The position numbers were made by a program, and so were the translations under genes. From the human T2T-CHM13v2.0 reference genome, Homo sapiens, in NCBI RefSeq assembly GCF_009914755.1, contig NC_060925.1: a stretch of DNA of 64,000 nt. The stretch is one strand, 5' to 3'. Within the stretch, counting starts at the first letter, position 1, and every line of letters begins with the position of its first letter. Shown piece after piece: positions 32,591 through 45,240 of the stretch. Under the pieces are notes generated by a model. It had not been told where the DNA came from. It searched no databases and was given only the letters and a program-made list of their open reading frames with translations.

Positions 32591-34504
32591 TGCGGCCAGC
32601 AAAGACTTTACCCTCTCTCGGCTGAAACCAGCAGATGAGTGTATTTGTGGACACGGTTTCAAGGTGGGTCCTGGTGTGCACACTAATAAATTAAGACAGT
32701 GCCCTGCTCTAAAAGCTATGAATACAAGCCCAAATCTCCTATTGACATGTGGGAACTGGAGTCCCCAGGGAACTCCTCAGATATCTTGGGTCACCAAATA
32801 CACAACCCAATCCTGATGCTGCTGCCCAAATTCTGAATAATATGGCTTGGCATTTGGCATCTTCACTGGGTGTGTTTCCTCAGTCTATCAGCATTGTGCA
32901 CCTCCTTTCCAGCAAAACCAAAGTGCTGCTGGCTTGGAGTATCTCACCCCATGTGCATAACTGTCCTCTGTCTCCTTCCACTCAGCTCCTCCACATCCAT
33001 AGGTCTGTTACATCTTCCAAAACCTGACTTTAAACCCATCTCTGGGAAGATCTTCCTAATTGGCCAAGCTCATTCTTTGGCCCACATCCAGTCTAGGTCT
33101 CTGCTCCACAGTGGGTACTTGGGACATCCTTCTCACATTAAATGTAAAAGGTATGCCTGTTTCAGATGTGGTTTTAATGGTAATCTCTCCCTCCCCACAG
33201 CCCACCCAAGTAGGCAGACTCAAGGAAGTTACACAGAGGCAATAAAGACTGATAATAGGTTGATTAGGTTGATACTAATTGATATAGGATGATAGAGATT
33301 GGATCCAACTGACCAACCTAAGGAGTCAAAGCTCTTGTTCCAGAAAATAGCTTTTTTTTCCCAGAAAAAAAAATGCTATTGTTTTTATAGTACAGTGGAA
33401 TATTTTGAAATGGAGGTTGCATTTCTTCATATGGTTTCTTGTACCTATTACTGTTTCCCCCACTATTAATGCAGCTGCCCTGAGAGGGCACAGCTTGGAA
33501 CAAAGAGTCCATTTCTCAACTTGTGAGCTTCTAAGTAGATACTTGTACAACGGCAATGAAAGCATTAAAAACTAAAGTTTCCAATCTGAAAGTTGTACTT
33601 TGAAGAAAGAAAAATGGTTATAGGTTTATTTTTTGTTTTTATTCTAGAAGTTTGGTTTTGAATATCAGAAAACATAGATTTAAACTATATTATAGGGAAG
33701 AATACATAATAATATATTTTCCTTCCCCCAAATAGATGGATCAGTTGGGGAGATGGAGAGTAGGAGAGGATGTGACTGGAGCTTAGTTGCTGGTCCCTAA
33801 GAAGGGGCTGAGCCCTTCTATCTATTTAGGTTGAATTCTTGGCAGGGTGCTCCTGGAATGACAGGAACCTGATAGAAAAATTAGATTAATTGTGAGGAGA
33901 AGGTAGGGTGGAGACTCGGAGAGCAGGGTGATGATCAGCTGGCAACTGAGGTCTAGGCTGGGGAAACAGCAAGGCTCTCAGGGAGCTCTGCACTTATTAC
34001 CGTCTGAGAGGTGGAGCAGCCATGCGGACTGAATTGCCTGGGCATTCAGGTTCCCAGCCTGCATCAGAGGCTTATGCTTCCCAGCACAGTGGCAGGAAAT
34101 CAGAAAAAAGCTTCTGTGGCCCCAGAGGAGAGGATTGGCAAATCCAAAGGAAGCCAGAGCAGCGGGAGGGATGTGGGCAACCCTGGTGCCCTGAGGACAT
34201 CATTAGCTGCAGGATGGAATGGGGTGTGTATTGGGTTAACAGCTGATATCAGAGAGCAGGCAGGAAGAAGAGAGGAACACCCTCAACGAAGGGGGTCAGC
34301 AAATGAGGAATCAGACACCTTCTGACCATACTCACCGCAACATCTCCCAACCAAGATCAATGGGCAAAGGGAAAGTGGGAGAGAATCTTAAAGCCATTAT
34401 ATTTAAATCTGGAAGTGACAGGGTTTACCTTAAATTGGGAGGAAGGCTTTCTACTACTCAGAGGAATGAGTGGATATAAGCTAAGTAACCAGTTGTAATA
34501 ACAT

Positions 34505-34835
34505 TAGTGATAATAATAATAAACACATATACAGCACCTACTACTATGCAGCAGGCACTGTCCTAGATACCTGGCATGTGGTAACTCATTTGATCCTAGT
34601 AATACATGTATGAGATGGAAACATTTTAGCACACTTGAGTGTCGTGACTATTATTTGCAATTTATAAAGCACTTTTTACCTATATTATTTCATTTTATGA
34701 CTCTTTTTAGACATGAAATAAGTAAGAGTTTTGCTCAAAAGACTTGCCTTAGGCCATATAATTGGTAAATAAAATATCTGGGCTTGAACCCAAGATTCCC
34801 ATCACTTGGTCTGAGTTCTTTCTACTGTGCCACAC
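34505..34835 (-). mobile_element. MIR fragments
   Basis: cacctactactatgcagcaggcactgtcctag and gacttgccttaggccatata. Confidence 0.6.
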
Positions 34836-35247
34836 GTGTTCAGTAAATAGATATTTTCAAAAACAATTGAATGTATTATCTTACCTTAAAGAAGGAGACT
34901 TAAGACTAAAACTTGGTGTCCTTAAAGATTTCAAGGTTGATTAAAGAAGGGTAAGAGCAGAGGAGATTGTGAAGGCATGTGGAATACAGTCAGGAAGAAA
35001 ACTGGGGAGTGTCATGTCATAGCCCTCTAGAAAGAAGGTGTTCTTAAAAGGTCACAGTGACCCTGGTAACAACGAGCACAGCTAGAGTCCAGATCTTGGT
35101 TTCTAAGTATCAGTCCCCACTAAAAGGAATATGGGCTTTTTAGAGAAAAGGCTGATTCCAGGGCTAAGGCAGGGAAAGTAAATGGTGAGCCTGGAACTTC
35201 TGGTGCCAGAGTAAGGAGATGCTCAATGGACAAAATGATGGGGTTAC

Positions 35248-35812
35248 TGTGGAAATCAACAAGGACCACTCAAATGAGAACAAGAAAAGGCTACTTATTC
35301 TGAGCTTAGTAGGGCGTGGGAGTCAGCCACAGTCACTTGTATTTTGGCAGAGACTTGAATGCAGTCTGAGGAGTGGGAAAGCCTACATACATGTAGTGGG
35401 AGAAAGGGGAGACTTCAGATATACCCTGATTGGGGGCTCTGACATGGGGAAGCTATAGGGGAGCTAACTAGAAGTGGGGTGTCCTATGTGATTGCTTAGA
35501 GAAGCATATTTGGCTTTCTCTGGTCCTAAATTGGAATCAGAGACAAAAATTAGGGAAGTTGTCAGTTATTGATCTAGTCCTGGCCATATTCGGCTGATTA
35601 TTAGAGGGCTTATTGTTTGGCTTCTGGTATTGATTGCTAGAGACAGTGGTCTGACTTCCTGTAAGTCTGACTTATGGATAGCAAGCTGGCTTCCTGGGCT
35701 GGTTACTGTAGATAATGGCTTGACTTTCTGTGCTGCTGGCTGCAGATTATGGGTCAAACTTTTAGTTTTATGTGTGGTTTGGCCATTGTTCATTTGTATA
35801 TTCCTCATCTCA
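35248..35812 (-). mobile_element. Solo ERV LTR (subfamily uncertain)
   Basis: 565-bp block with TG...CA termini that interrupts the L1. Repeated ggcttcc motifs. Confidence 0.6.
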
Positions 35813-36719
35813 GTACATCAAAAGGAACACGGAAGCCAACCTAAAATAGTCAACCAAATTGGGGATAATTTAAACATTAAAATGAGTAATAACAGTCAGG
35901 ATTGTAACTTACTGAGTTAAAAAATAACCCATGAGTTCATTCTGATACAAAAAAAACAAGTAAACAAATAAAGTGAAGGATAAGAGAGAAGTCTTCCTTA
36001 TAGTAGAATGACAACTAAAAAGTATAGAAGAAATGATAGAGTAAGGGAGTCAGTATTTTGCAATAATTGATTCAGGTAAAAATCACTAATGCATCTAAAA
36101 ATCTATAGGTAGTATTTCATTGGTGATTCAGAGCAGAGTATCTCCCACAGATCACTTAGTAAAAACAAAGGGGAAAAATTTCTTCATAGTGCAGAAACAT
36201 GGTATACCCCACCTTAGTCAAGTGATCAAAGTGAGCATCACCCAGCATGGGACAAAGCAACATCAAGGCCTTACGATGTCATGCACTGAGAAGAATATAA
36301 CATAATGGATGCAGTGTTCCTGCCCCACATGGATAATCCGAATCTAATCACGACAAAGGATCAGACATTCTAGAGAACAACTGCTATCCTCTTCAAAAAT
36401 GTTGATGTGGTAAAAGACAAAGAAAGGCTGAGGGACAGTTCCAGATTAAAGGAAACAAAATTAACATGACAACTAAGTGCAATGCATGGTCATGTATTGG
36501 ATCCTGGATTGGAAATTTGTTGTTGCTGTTGTAAAGGTCAGTTATTGAGACAATTGGCAGAAATTAGAAAATGGAATCTCTTTTAGACAATGGTATTGTA
36601 TCAATAATACATTTCTTTGTTCTTAGGAGACACACGTATAAGTCTTAAGGGGTGAAGGGCCATAATGTCTGCAATTTATCCTTAAATGATTAAGAAAAAC
36701 AGCAACTAATAATAGGTCT

Positions 36720-36885
36720 TTTTTTTTTTTTTTTAAATAGAGACAGGGTCTTTTTGCGTCACCCAGGCTGGAGTGCAGTGGCATGATTGTAGCTCACTGT
36801 AAGCTTGAACTCCTGAGCTCAAGTGGTCCTCCTGCTTTGGCTACCCAAAGTGTTGGGATTATCAGCATGAGCCACCACACCAGCC
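36720..36885 (-). mobile_element. Alu monomer (FAM/FRAM-like)
   Basis: About 165-bp single arm with poly(T). TSD aataggtct. Confidence 0.85.
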
Positions 36886-37327
36886 AATAGGTCTATTTTT
36901 ATGAAAAGAAAGAGCTAACACAAATATAGTAAAATGTTAAACAACAGGTGGATCCAGATGGATATACTGGTATTCACTGTAATATTCTTGCAAATTTTCT
37001 GTAGGTTTGAACATTTTCAAAATAAAAAGTAAAAAAATATATATGCAAAAAGGGAGGTGATGCTCAACTGTGCTGTGCTAACAGGTCAAATAAGATGACT
37101 TAGGAAGTGGCCACTGGCTTTAGCAACATGGCAGTCACTAGTGACCTTCACAAGCAGTTTTGCAGAGATGGGACAGAGGCTGAATTGGCAAGGATTAAGA
37201 AGAGAATATAAATTGAGGGAGTGGAAATAGCAACTTGAAACTGTCTCTTTAAAAAAATTTTTAGCTCATATAGGATAGGATGAAATAGAATTAGTTGCTA
37301 GCTTCCATTCTCTTCTTTTGTTACTAT

Positions 37328-37779
37328 TTTTTTTTATTATACTTTAAGTTCTAGGGTACATGTGCACAAAGTGCAGGTTTGTTACATAGGTATACATATG
37401 CCATGTTGGTTTGCTGCACCCATTAACTCGTCATTTACATTAGGTATTTCTCCTAATGCTATCCCTCCCCCGTCCCCCACCTCATGACAGGCCTCAGGGT
37501 GTGATATTCCCCACCCTGTGTCCAAGTGTTCTCATTGTTCAATTCCTACCTATGAGTAAGAACATGTGGTGTTTGGTTTTTTGTCCTTGTGATAGTTTGC
37601 TCAGAATGATGGTTTCCAGCTTCATCCATGTCCCTGCAAAGGACATGAACTCATTCTTTTTTATGGCTGCATAGTATTCCATGGCGTATATGTGCCACAT
37701 TTTCTTAATCCAGTCTATCATTGATGGACATGTGGGTTGGTTCCATGTTTTTGCTATTGTGAATAGTGCAGCAATAAAC
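37328..37779 (-). mobile_element. 5'-truncated L1PA (about L1PA5-7) 3' end
   Basis: ttattatactttaagttctagggtacatgtg and the ORF2 C-terminus WIKKMWHIY... Confidence 0.92.
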
Positions 37780-38348
37780 TAGTTATTAACTAGTATCTAG
37801 GACTATATAAACCAATCTGGCCTGGATTTATTCCCAGAACTGAGTAAAGTGTTTGCATTGATCTAAGTACTTAACTCACTCCATGGACTTGGGATTCAGC
37901 ATTAATTTGGGGTCAAAAGCTTTTACAGTCTCCTTTCCTGTGGCTGAGAACTCCTCTTAGGAGCACCCTCTAAGGCCTTCTGGCTGTCTCTTGCCACCAA
38001 CTTCCCAGCCTTTTCCTCCTTCAGTTCACAAATGGAGCTCTGCAGAGAGGAGAGCAGCAGGGCCCCTTCTCCAGTGTCTGACATCTGCTCCATCCTCGGG
38101 GGAAGAACCTGATAAAGCACCTTGAAGCCACCACAGCTTCTAGGCCAAAGCCCCATTCTCCGCAGTCCTACACATTTCTCTCTGGTTAATCACTTCTTCA
38201 CCTTTTCTACTGTCCTCTTCATTGGCATGAATTAATTCAAATTTTTGTCTTTCCTATTCATTGCTGAAATTTGCTTCCTCTGTTATATCATTGGATACTA
38301 CTTCCTTTCGATACAAAACCTTAACATTTCCAAAGTTTAAGTTCATAC

Positions 38349-38761
38349 TATCAGGTCTCTGAGCCCAAGCTAAGCCATCATATCCCCTGTGACCTGCACG
38401 TACACATCCAGATGGCCGGTTCCTGCCTTAACTGATGACATTCCACCACAAAAGAAGTGAAAATGGCCTGTTTCTGCCTTAACTGATGACATTGTCTTGT
38501 GAAATTCCTTCTCCTGGCTCATCCTGGCTCAAAAGCTCCCCTACTGAGCACCTTGTGACCCCCACTCTGCCCGCCAGAGAACAACCCCCCTTTGACTGTA
38601 ATTTTCCTTTACCTACCCAAATCCTATAAAACGGCCCCACCCCTATCTCCCTTCACTGACTCTCTTTTTGGACTCAGCCCGCCTGCACCCAGGTGAAATA
38701 AACAGCTTTATTGCTCACACAAAGCCTGTTTGGTGGTCTCTTCACACGGACGCACATGAAA
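38349..38761 (+). promoter_or_regulatory. 5' LTR7 (LTR7up-like) promoter
   Basis: ACAAAAGA SOX-type motif at 38448-38455, TATAAAA at 38625-38631, AATAAA at 38697-38702, duplicated tgccttaactgatgacatt block. Confidence 0.85.
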
Positions 38762-38763
38762 TT

Positions 38764-38781
38764 TGGTGCCATGACTCGGAT
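38764..38781 (+). other. tRNA-His primer binding site
   Basis: TGGTGCCATGACTCGGAT is 17/18 complementary to the tRNA-His 3' end. Confidence 0.93.
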
Positions 38782-38904
38782 CGGGGGACCTCCCTTGGGA
38801 GATCAATCCCCTGTCTTCCTGCTCTTTGCTCCGTGAGAAAGATCCACCTATGGCCTCAGGTCCTCAGACCAACCAGCCCAAGAAACATCTCACCAATTTC
38901 AAAT

Positions 38905-38913
38905 CTGGTAAGC
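38905..38913 (+). promoter_or_regulatory. HERV-H major splice donor (CTG|GTAAGC)
   Basis: Consensus donor about 150 nt downstream of the 5' LTR, the usual HERV-H position. Confidence 0.75.
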
Positions 38914-39377
38914 AGCCTCTTTTTACTCTCTTCTCCAACCTCCCTCACTATCTCTCAACCTCTTTCTCCTTTCAATCTTGGCGCCACACTTCAATCTCTC
39001 CCTTCTCTTAATTTCAATTCCTTTCATTTTCTGGTAGAGACAAAGGAGACACGTTTTATGCGTGGACCCAAAACTCCGGCGCCAGTCATGGACTAGGGAA
39101 GGCTGCCTTCCCTTGGTGTTTGATCATTGCAGGGTTGCCTCTGATTATTCACCCAGGTTTCAGAGGTGTCAGACGATGCAGGGATGCCTGCCTTGGTCCT
39201 TCACCCTTAGCGGCAAGTCCCACTTTTCTGGGGAAAGGGCAAATACCCCAACCCCTTCTCTCCGTGTCTCTACCCCTTCTCTGCCTTTCTGGGGGGCAAG
39301 AAACTCCCAACCCCTTCTCCTTCACCCTTAGCGGCAAGTACCACTTTTCTGGGGGAGGGGCAAGTACCCCAATCCCC

Positions 39378-39483
39378 TATATCTCTGTGCCCCAATCCCT
39401 TATTTCTGTGCCCCAACCTCTTATATCTCTGTGCCCCAATCCCTTATTTCTGTGCCCCAACCTTGTATCTCTGTGCCCTGACC
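39378..39483 (+). repeat. HERV-H leader tandem repeat, about 5 units of 19-23 bp (tctgtgcccc core)
   Basis: Repeats are directly visible. Confidence 0.85.
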
Positions 39484-39565
39484 CCTTTCCCACTTTTCTG
39501 GAGGGTAAGAACCCCTGAACCCCTTCCCTCCATGTCTCTACTCTCTCTTTTCTCTGGGCTTCACC

Positions 39566-40770
39566 ATGGGCAACCTTCCACCCTCCATTCCTCCTTCTTC
39601 TCCCTTAGCCTGTGTTCTTAAGAACTTAAAACCTCTTCAACTCTCACCTGACCTAAAATCTAAGCATCTTATTTTCTTCTGCAATGCTGCTTGACCCCAG
39701 TACAAACTCGACAGTAGTTCCAAATAGCCAGAAAATGGCACTTTCAATTCTTCCATCCTGAAAGATCTAAATAATTCTTGTTGTAAAATGGGCAAACAGT
39801 CTGAGTTGCCTGACGTCCAGACATTCTTTTACATATCTGTCCCTCCCTAGTCTCTGTGCCCAGTGCAACTTGTCCCAAATCTTCCTTCTTTCCCTCCCAC
39901 CTGTCCCCTCAGTCCCAACCCCAAGCATCGCTGAGTCTTTCTAATCTTCCTTTTCTACAGACCCATCTGACCTCTCCCCTCCTCCCAGGCTGCTCCTCGC
40001 CAGGCCGAGCTAGGTCTCAATTCTTCCTCAGCCTCTGCTCCTCCACCCTATAATCCTTTTATCACCTCCCCTCCTCACACCTGGTCCGGCTTACAGTTTC
40101 GTTCCGTAACTAGCCCTCCCTCCCCCACCTGCCCAGCAATTTACCCTTAAAAAGGTGGCTGGAGCTAAAGGCATAGTCAAGGTTAATGCTCCTTTTTCTT
40201 TATCCCAAATCAGATAGCATTTAGGCTCTTTTTCATCAAATATAAAAATCCAGCCCAGTTCATGACTCGTTTGGCAGCAACCCTGAGACACTTTACAGCC
40301 CTAGACCCTAAAAGGTCAAAAAGCCGTCTTATTCTCAAAATACATTTTATTACCCAATCTGCTCCCAACATTAAATGAAACTCCAGAAATTAAATTCCAC
40401 CCCTCAAACCCCACAACAGGATTTAATTAACCTCGCCTTCAAGGTGTACAATAATAGAAAAAAGTTGCAATTCCTTGCCTCCACTGTGAGACAAACCCCA
40501 GCCACATCTCCAGCACAAAAGAACTTCCAAACACCTGAATCACAATGGCCAGGCATTCCTCCAGAACCTCCTCCCCCAGGAGCTTGCTACAAGTGCCAGA
40601 AATCTGACCACCAGGCCAAGGAATGCCTGCAGCCCAGGATTCCTCCTAAGCCGTGTCCCATCTGTGTGGGACCCCACTGGAAATCGGACTGTGTAACTCA
40701 CCTGGCAGCCACTCCCAGATCCCCTGGAACTCTGGCCCGAGGCTCTCTGACTGACTCCTTCTCGGCTTAG
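39566..40770 (+). pseudogene. gag: HERV-H gag remnant with nucleocapsid zinc knuckles
   Basis: ATGGGCAAC start at 39566. ORF 40375-40770 contains CYKCQKSDHQAKEC (CCHC) and CPICVGPHWKSDC. The upstream frame is broken. Confidence 0.85.
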
Positions 40771-40850
40771 CAGCTGAAGACTGATGCTGCCCGATCGCCT
40801 CGGAAGCCCCGTAGACCATCACGGATGCTGAGCTTTGGGTAACTCTCACT

Positions 40851-43000
40851 GTGGAAGGTAAGTCCATCCCCTTAGTCAATACAGAGGCTACCCACTCCAC
40901 ATTACCTTCTTTTCAAGGGCCTGTTTCCCTTGCCTCGATAACTGTTGTAGGTATTGACGGCCAGGCTTCTAGACCCCTGAAAACTCCCCCACTCTGGTGC
41001 CAACTTGGACAACACTCTTTTATGCATTCTTTTTTAGTTATCCCCACCTGCCCAGTTCCCTTATTAGGCCGAGATATTTTAACTGAATTATCTGCTTCCC
41101 TGACTATTCCTGGACTACAGCCGCATCTCATTGCCGCCCTTCTCCCCAACTCAAAGCCTCCTTCGCGTCTTTCTCTCGTATCCCCCCACCTTAACCCACA
41201 AGTATGGGACATCTCTACTCCTTCCCTGGCAACCGATCACATGCCCATTACCATCCCATTAAAACCTAATCACCGTTACCCTGCTCAACGCCAGAATCCC
41301 ATCCCACAGCACGCTTTAAAAGGATTAAAGCCTGTTATCACTCGCCTGCTACAGCATGGGCTTCTAAAACCTATAAACTCTCCTTACAATTCCCCCATTT
41401 TACCTGTCCAAAAACCAGACAAGTCTTACAGATTAATTCAGGATCTGCGCCTTATCAACCAAATTGTTTTGCCTATCCACCCTATGGTGCCCAACCCGTA
41501 CACTCTTTTGTCCTCAATACCTTCCTCCACAACTCACTGTTCTGTTCTCGATCTTAAAGATGCTTTTTTCACTATTCCCCTGCACCCCTCGTCCCAGCCT
41601 CTCTTTGCTTTCACTTAGACTGACCCTGACACCCATTAGGCTCAGCAAATTACCTGGGCTGTACTGCCACAAGGCTTCACAGACAGCCCCCATTACTTCA
41701 GTCAAGCCCAAATTTCATCCTCATCTGTTACCTGTCTCGACATAGTTCTCATAAAAACACACGTGCTGTCCCTGCTGATCGTGTCTGATTAATCTCCCAA
41801 ACCTCAATCCCTTACAAAACAACAACTCCTTTCCTTCCTAGGCATGGTTAGTGCAGTCAGAATTCTTACACAAGAGCCAGGACCGCACCCTGTAACCTTT
41901 CTGTCCAAACAACTTGACCTTACTGTTTTAGCCTAGCCATCATGTCTCCGTGCAGCAGCTGCTGTCGCCCTAATACTTTTAGAGGCCCTCCAAATCACAA
42001 ACTATGCTCAACTTACTCTCTACATTTCTCATAACTTCCAAAATCTATTTTCTTCCTCATACCTGACGCATACACTTTCTGCTCCCCGGCTCCTTCAGCT
42101 GTACTCACTCTTTGTTAAGTACCACAATTACCGTTGTTCCTGGCCCGGACTTCAATCTGGCCTCCCACATTATTCTGGATACCACACCTGACCCTCATTA
42201 CTGTATCTCTCTGATCCACCTGACATTCACCCCATTTTCCCATATTTCCTTCCTTCCTGTTCCTCACCCTGATCACACTTTATTTATTAATGGTGGTTCC
42301 ACCAGGCCTAATCACCACCCACCAGCAAAGGCAGGCTATGCTATAGTACAAGTCACTAGCTCACCTCTTATAACCTCTCATTTCCTTTCCATCGTGGAAA
42401 TCTACCCTCAAGGAAATAACTTCTCAGTGTTCCATCTGCTATTCTACTACTCCTCAAGGATTATTCAGGCCCCCCTCCCTTCCCTACACATCAAGCTCGA
42501 GGATTTGCCCCCACCCAGGACTTGCAAATTAGCTTTACTCAACATGCCCGGAGTCAGATAACTAAAATACCTCTTAGTCTAGGTAGACACTTTCACTGGA
42601 TAGGTAGAGTCCTTTCCTACAGGGTCTGAGAAGCCCACTGCAGTCATTTCTTCCCTTCTGTCAGACATAATTCCTCAGTTTAGCCTTCCCACCTTTATAC
42701 AGTCTGATAACAGACCAGCCTTTATTAGTCAAATCAGCCAAGCAGTTTTTCAGGCTCTTAGTATTCAGTGAAACCTTTATATCCCTTACAGTCCTCAGTC
42801 TTCAGGAAAAGTAGAACAGACTAATGGTGTTTTAAAAACACACCTCATCAAGCTCAGCCACCAACTTAAAAAGGACTAGACAATACTTTTACCACTTTCC
42901 CTTCTCAGAAGTCAGACCTGTCCTCAGAATGCTACAGGGTACAGCCCATTTGAGCTCCTGTATAGATGCTCCTTTTTATTAGGTCCCAGTCTCATTCCAG
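40851..43000 (+). pseudogene. pol: HERV-H pro/pol remnant (protease, RT N-terminus, RNase H and integrase fragments)
   Basis: The protease DTG motif is degraded to NTEA. LLGRDIL, SPILPVQK...QDLR, LDLKDAFF and LPQGF are present. No YxDD seen, and there are many stops. Confidence 0.9.
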
Positions 43001-43603
43001 ACACCAGACTAACTTAGACTGTGCCCCCAAAAAACTTGTCATCCCTACTATCTGCAGTCTAGTCATACTCCTATTCACCGTTCTCAACTACTCATACATG
43101 CCCTGCTCTTGTTTACACTGCCAGTTTACACTGTTTCTCCAAGCCATCACAGCTGATATCTCCTGGTGCTATCCCCAAACTGCCACTCTTAACTCTTGAA
43201 GTAAATAAATAATCTTTGCTGGCAGGACTATGCTGAATCTCCTTAGGCACTCTAATTAGATGTCCTAGGTCCTCCCAATTCTTAGAACTTTAATACCTGT
43301 TTTTCTCCTTCTCTTATTCCGTTTAGTTTTTCAATTCATACAAAACCGTATCCAGGCCATCACCAATAATTCTAAATGACAAGTGTTTCTTCTAACAGTC
43401 CCACAATATCACCCCTTACCACAAAATCTTCCTTCAGCTTAATCTCTCCCACTCTAGGTTCCCACGCCACCCCTAATCCCGCTCGAAGCAGCCCTGAGAA
43501 ACATCGCCCATTATCTCTCCATACCACCCCCAAAAATTTTCACCGTCCCAACACTTTACCACTATTTCATTTTATTTTTCTTATTAATATAAGAAGACAG
43601 GAA

Positions 43604-44016
43604 TGTCAGGCCTCTGAGCCCAAGCTAAGCCATCATATCCCCTGTGACCTGCACATACACATCCAGATGGCCAGTTCCTGCCTTAACTGATGACATTCCA
43701 CCACAAAAGAAGTGAAAATGGCCTGTTCCTGCCTTAACTGATGACATTGTCTTGTGAAATTCCTTCTCCTGGCTCATCCTGGCTCAAAAGCTCCCCTACT
43801 GAGCACCTTGTGACCCCCACTCTGCCCACCAGAGAACAACCCCCCTTTGACTGTAATTTTCCTTTACCTACCCAAATCCTATAAAACGGCCCCACCCCTA
43901 TCTCCCTTCGCTGACTCTCTTTTTGGACTCAGCCCACCTGCACCCAGGTGAAATAAACAGCTTTATTGCTCAGACAAAGCCTGTTTGGTGGTCTCTTCAC
44001 ATGGACGCGCATGAAA
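43604..44016 (+). mobile_element. 3' LTR7
   Basis: 413 bp with 11 substitutions versus the 5' LTR by my count. AATAAA at 43952-43957. Confidence 0.95.
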
Positions 44017-44369
44017 CATACCAAACTATTGCCTCTAAGAAACACAATAGTTCTTCCACACAGATAATTTCAAACATACCTGTTAACCAAAACTTTAACA
44101 ATGACAGGGTGTTACAGCTGTTTCCTCACATGTCAGTTCCAAACAAGTTTCCCTTTAAGAATTCCAGTAATCGATGAAGGTTCTTCTGGTAGGATTTATT
44201 GCTTAGAATCATGGGCTTCCTAAATGCAGTCTCCAAAGTTTAATGATTTTGCAGTGTTATCAGAAAATGCCAAGGAAGACCCTAGATACACTGACTTCTC
44301 AACTCTCAAGTAACCCTACCAGCTTCAAAGGTCATGAGCTACAAATGTCAACTGATTTATTCCTCACAA

Positions 44370-44500
44370 TAGGCCTGCCAGGTAGTTTTATTGGCCCCAT
44401 TTTACAGATGAGAAAACAGAGGCTCAGAGAGGCTAAACCTTCCTATACACAGAGGGTTGAGGAACCAGGATTGAAAATCTATGTATTTTCCACTATGCCA
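44370..44500 (-). mobile_element. MIR
   Basis: ccccattttacagatgagaaaacagaggctcagagaggctaa core. Confidence 0.8.
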
Positions 44501-44974
44501 ACCTGCCTTCAAAGAATGATTTCATGTCCTCCAGTTGTCCAAAGGAACAAAGACTGGGTTAGCCTTGCAAACATATTTTTAAAAGACTCAGATACGAAGC
44601 AACCATACATAAGGGGGATGTTACGGAGAGGTTGCACACGAAGGTAATCTTTGTAAATTGAATCACATTGTAAATGCACTGGCTTTTTAGATAATTCCTG
44701 AAGCAAATCATTTTGTATTTGTGAATCTGGATGTTCACGTATGTATCCTGTTTGCCTGCTGCAGAAATTACCTGTTCTCAGCTATCACAAAATAGATGCA
44801 CAAAAGAAATAAATCAAAGACCAACACTCAGAAGCAGGGAATAGAATACTAGTTCAAGGAGGGGTCACTGACCTGCATAAAACATTCAAGATAACAGATA
44901 AATGAAGCGCAACTCACAACTAGCTCTAGTTGAGTGTGGTTGTGTATGTGATCTATTCTTTTTGAATGGAGCAT

Positions 44975-45240
44975 AGACAGGGAGACAGTGCACAGAGGCA
45001 GGGATGGAGTCAGAAAGAGCAGGAGGAAGGGAGAGAACCATAAAAACAGAAAAAAAGGGAGTGAGATAGAAGGAATAGGAAACAAGGAGAATGAAGCTGG
45101 CTGAAAGGCAGAGATGGGAGAGAGAGGGATGGGGACATCAGCCAAAAACTGATTAGAGAGACAAAAGGAAAAGGAAAGAAGGACATGAAGAAAGGAAACA
45201 GTGAGGATCTAGGGAAGATAGAGGGTGGGAGGGAAGAAAA
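44975..45240. repeat. GA-rich low-complexity tract
   Basis: Strong purine bias on the + strand. Confidence 0.6.

Larger units (their letters stand above)
35055..37035 (+). mobile_element. L1MC/ME 3' UTR, interrupted by an LTR and an Alu monomer
   Basis: ccagatcttggtttctaag and gttccagattaaagga...aagtgcaatgcatg motifs. Ends with tttcaaaataaaaagt. Confidence 0.7.
38349..44016 (+). mobile_element. HERV-H provirus (5668 bp, env-deleted type) with two LTR7
   Basis: Two 413-bp LTRs, His PBS, gag/pro/pol remnants, polypurine tract aagaagacaggaa at 43591-43603. TSD CATAC at 38344-38348 and 44017-44021. Confidence 0.97.

Noticed and set aside
39378-39483. CRISPR-like repeat array
   Set aside because: The units are adjacent with no unique spacers. 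This is the ordinary HERV-H leader repeat in eukaryotic DNA.
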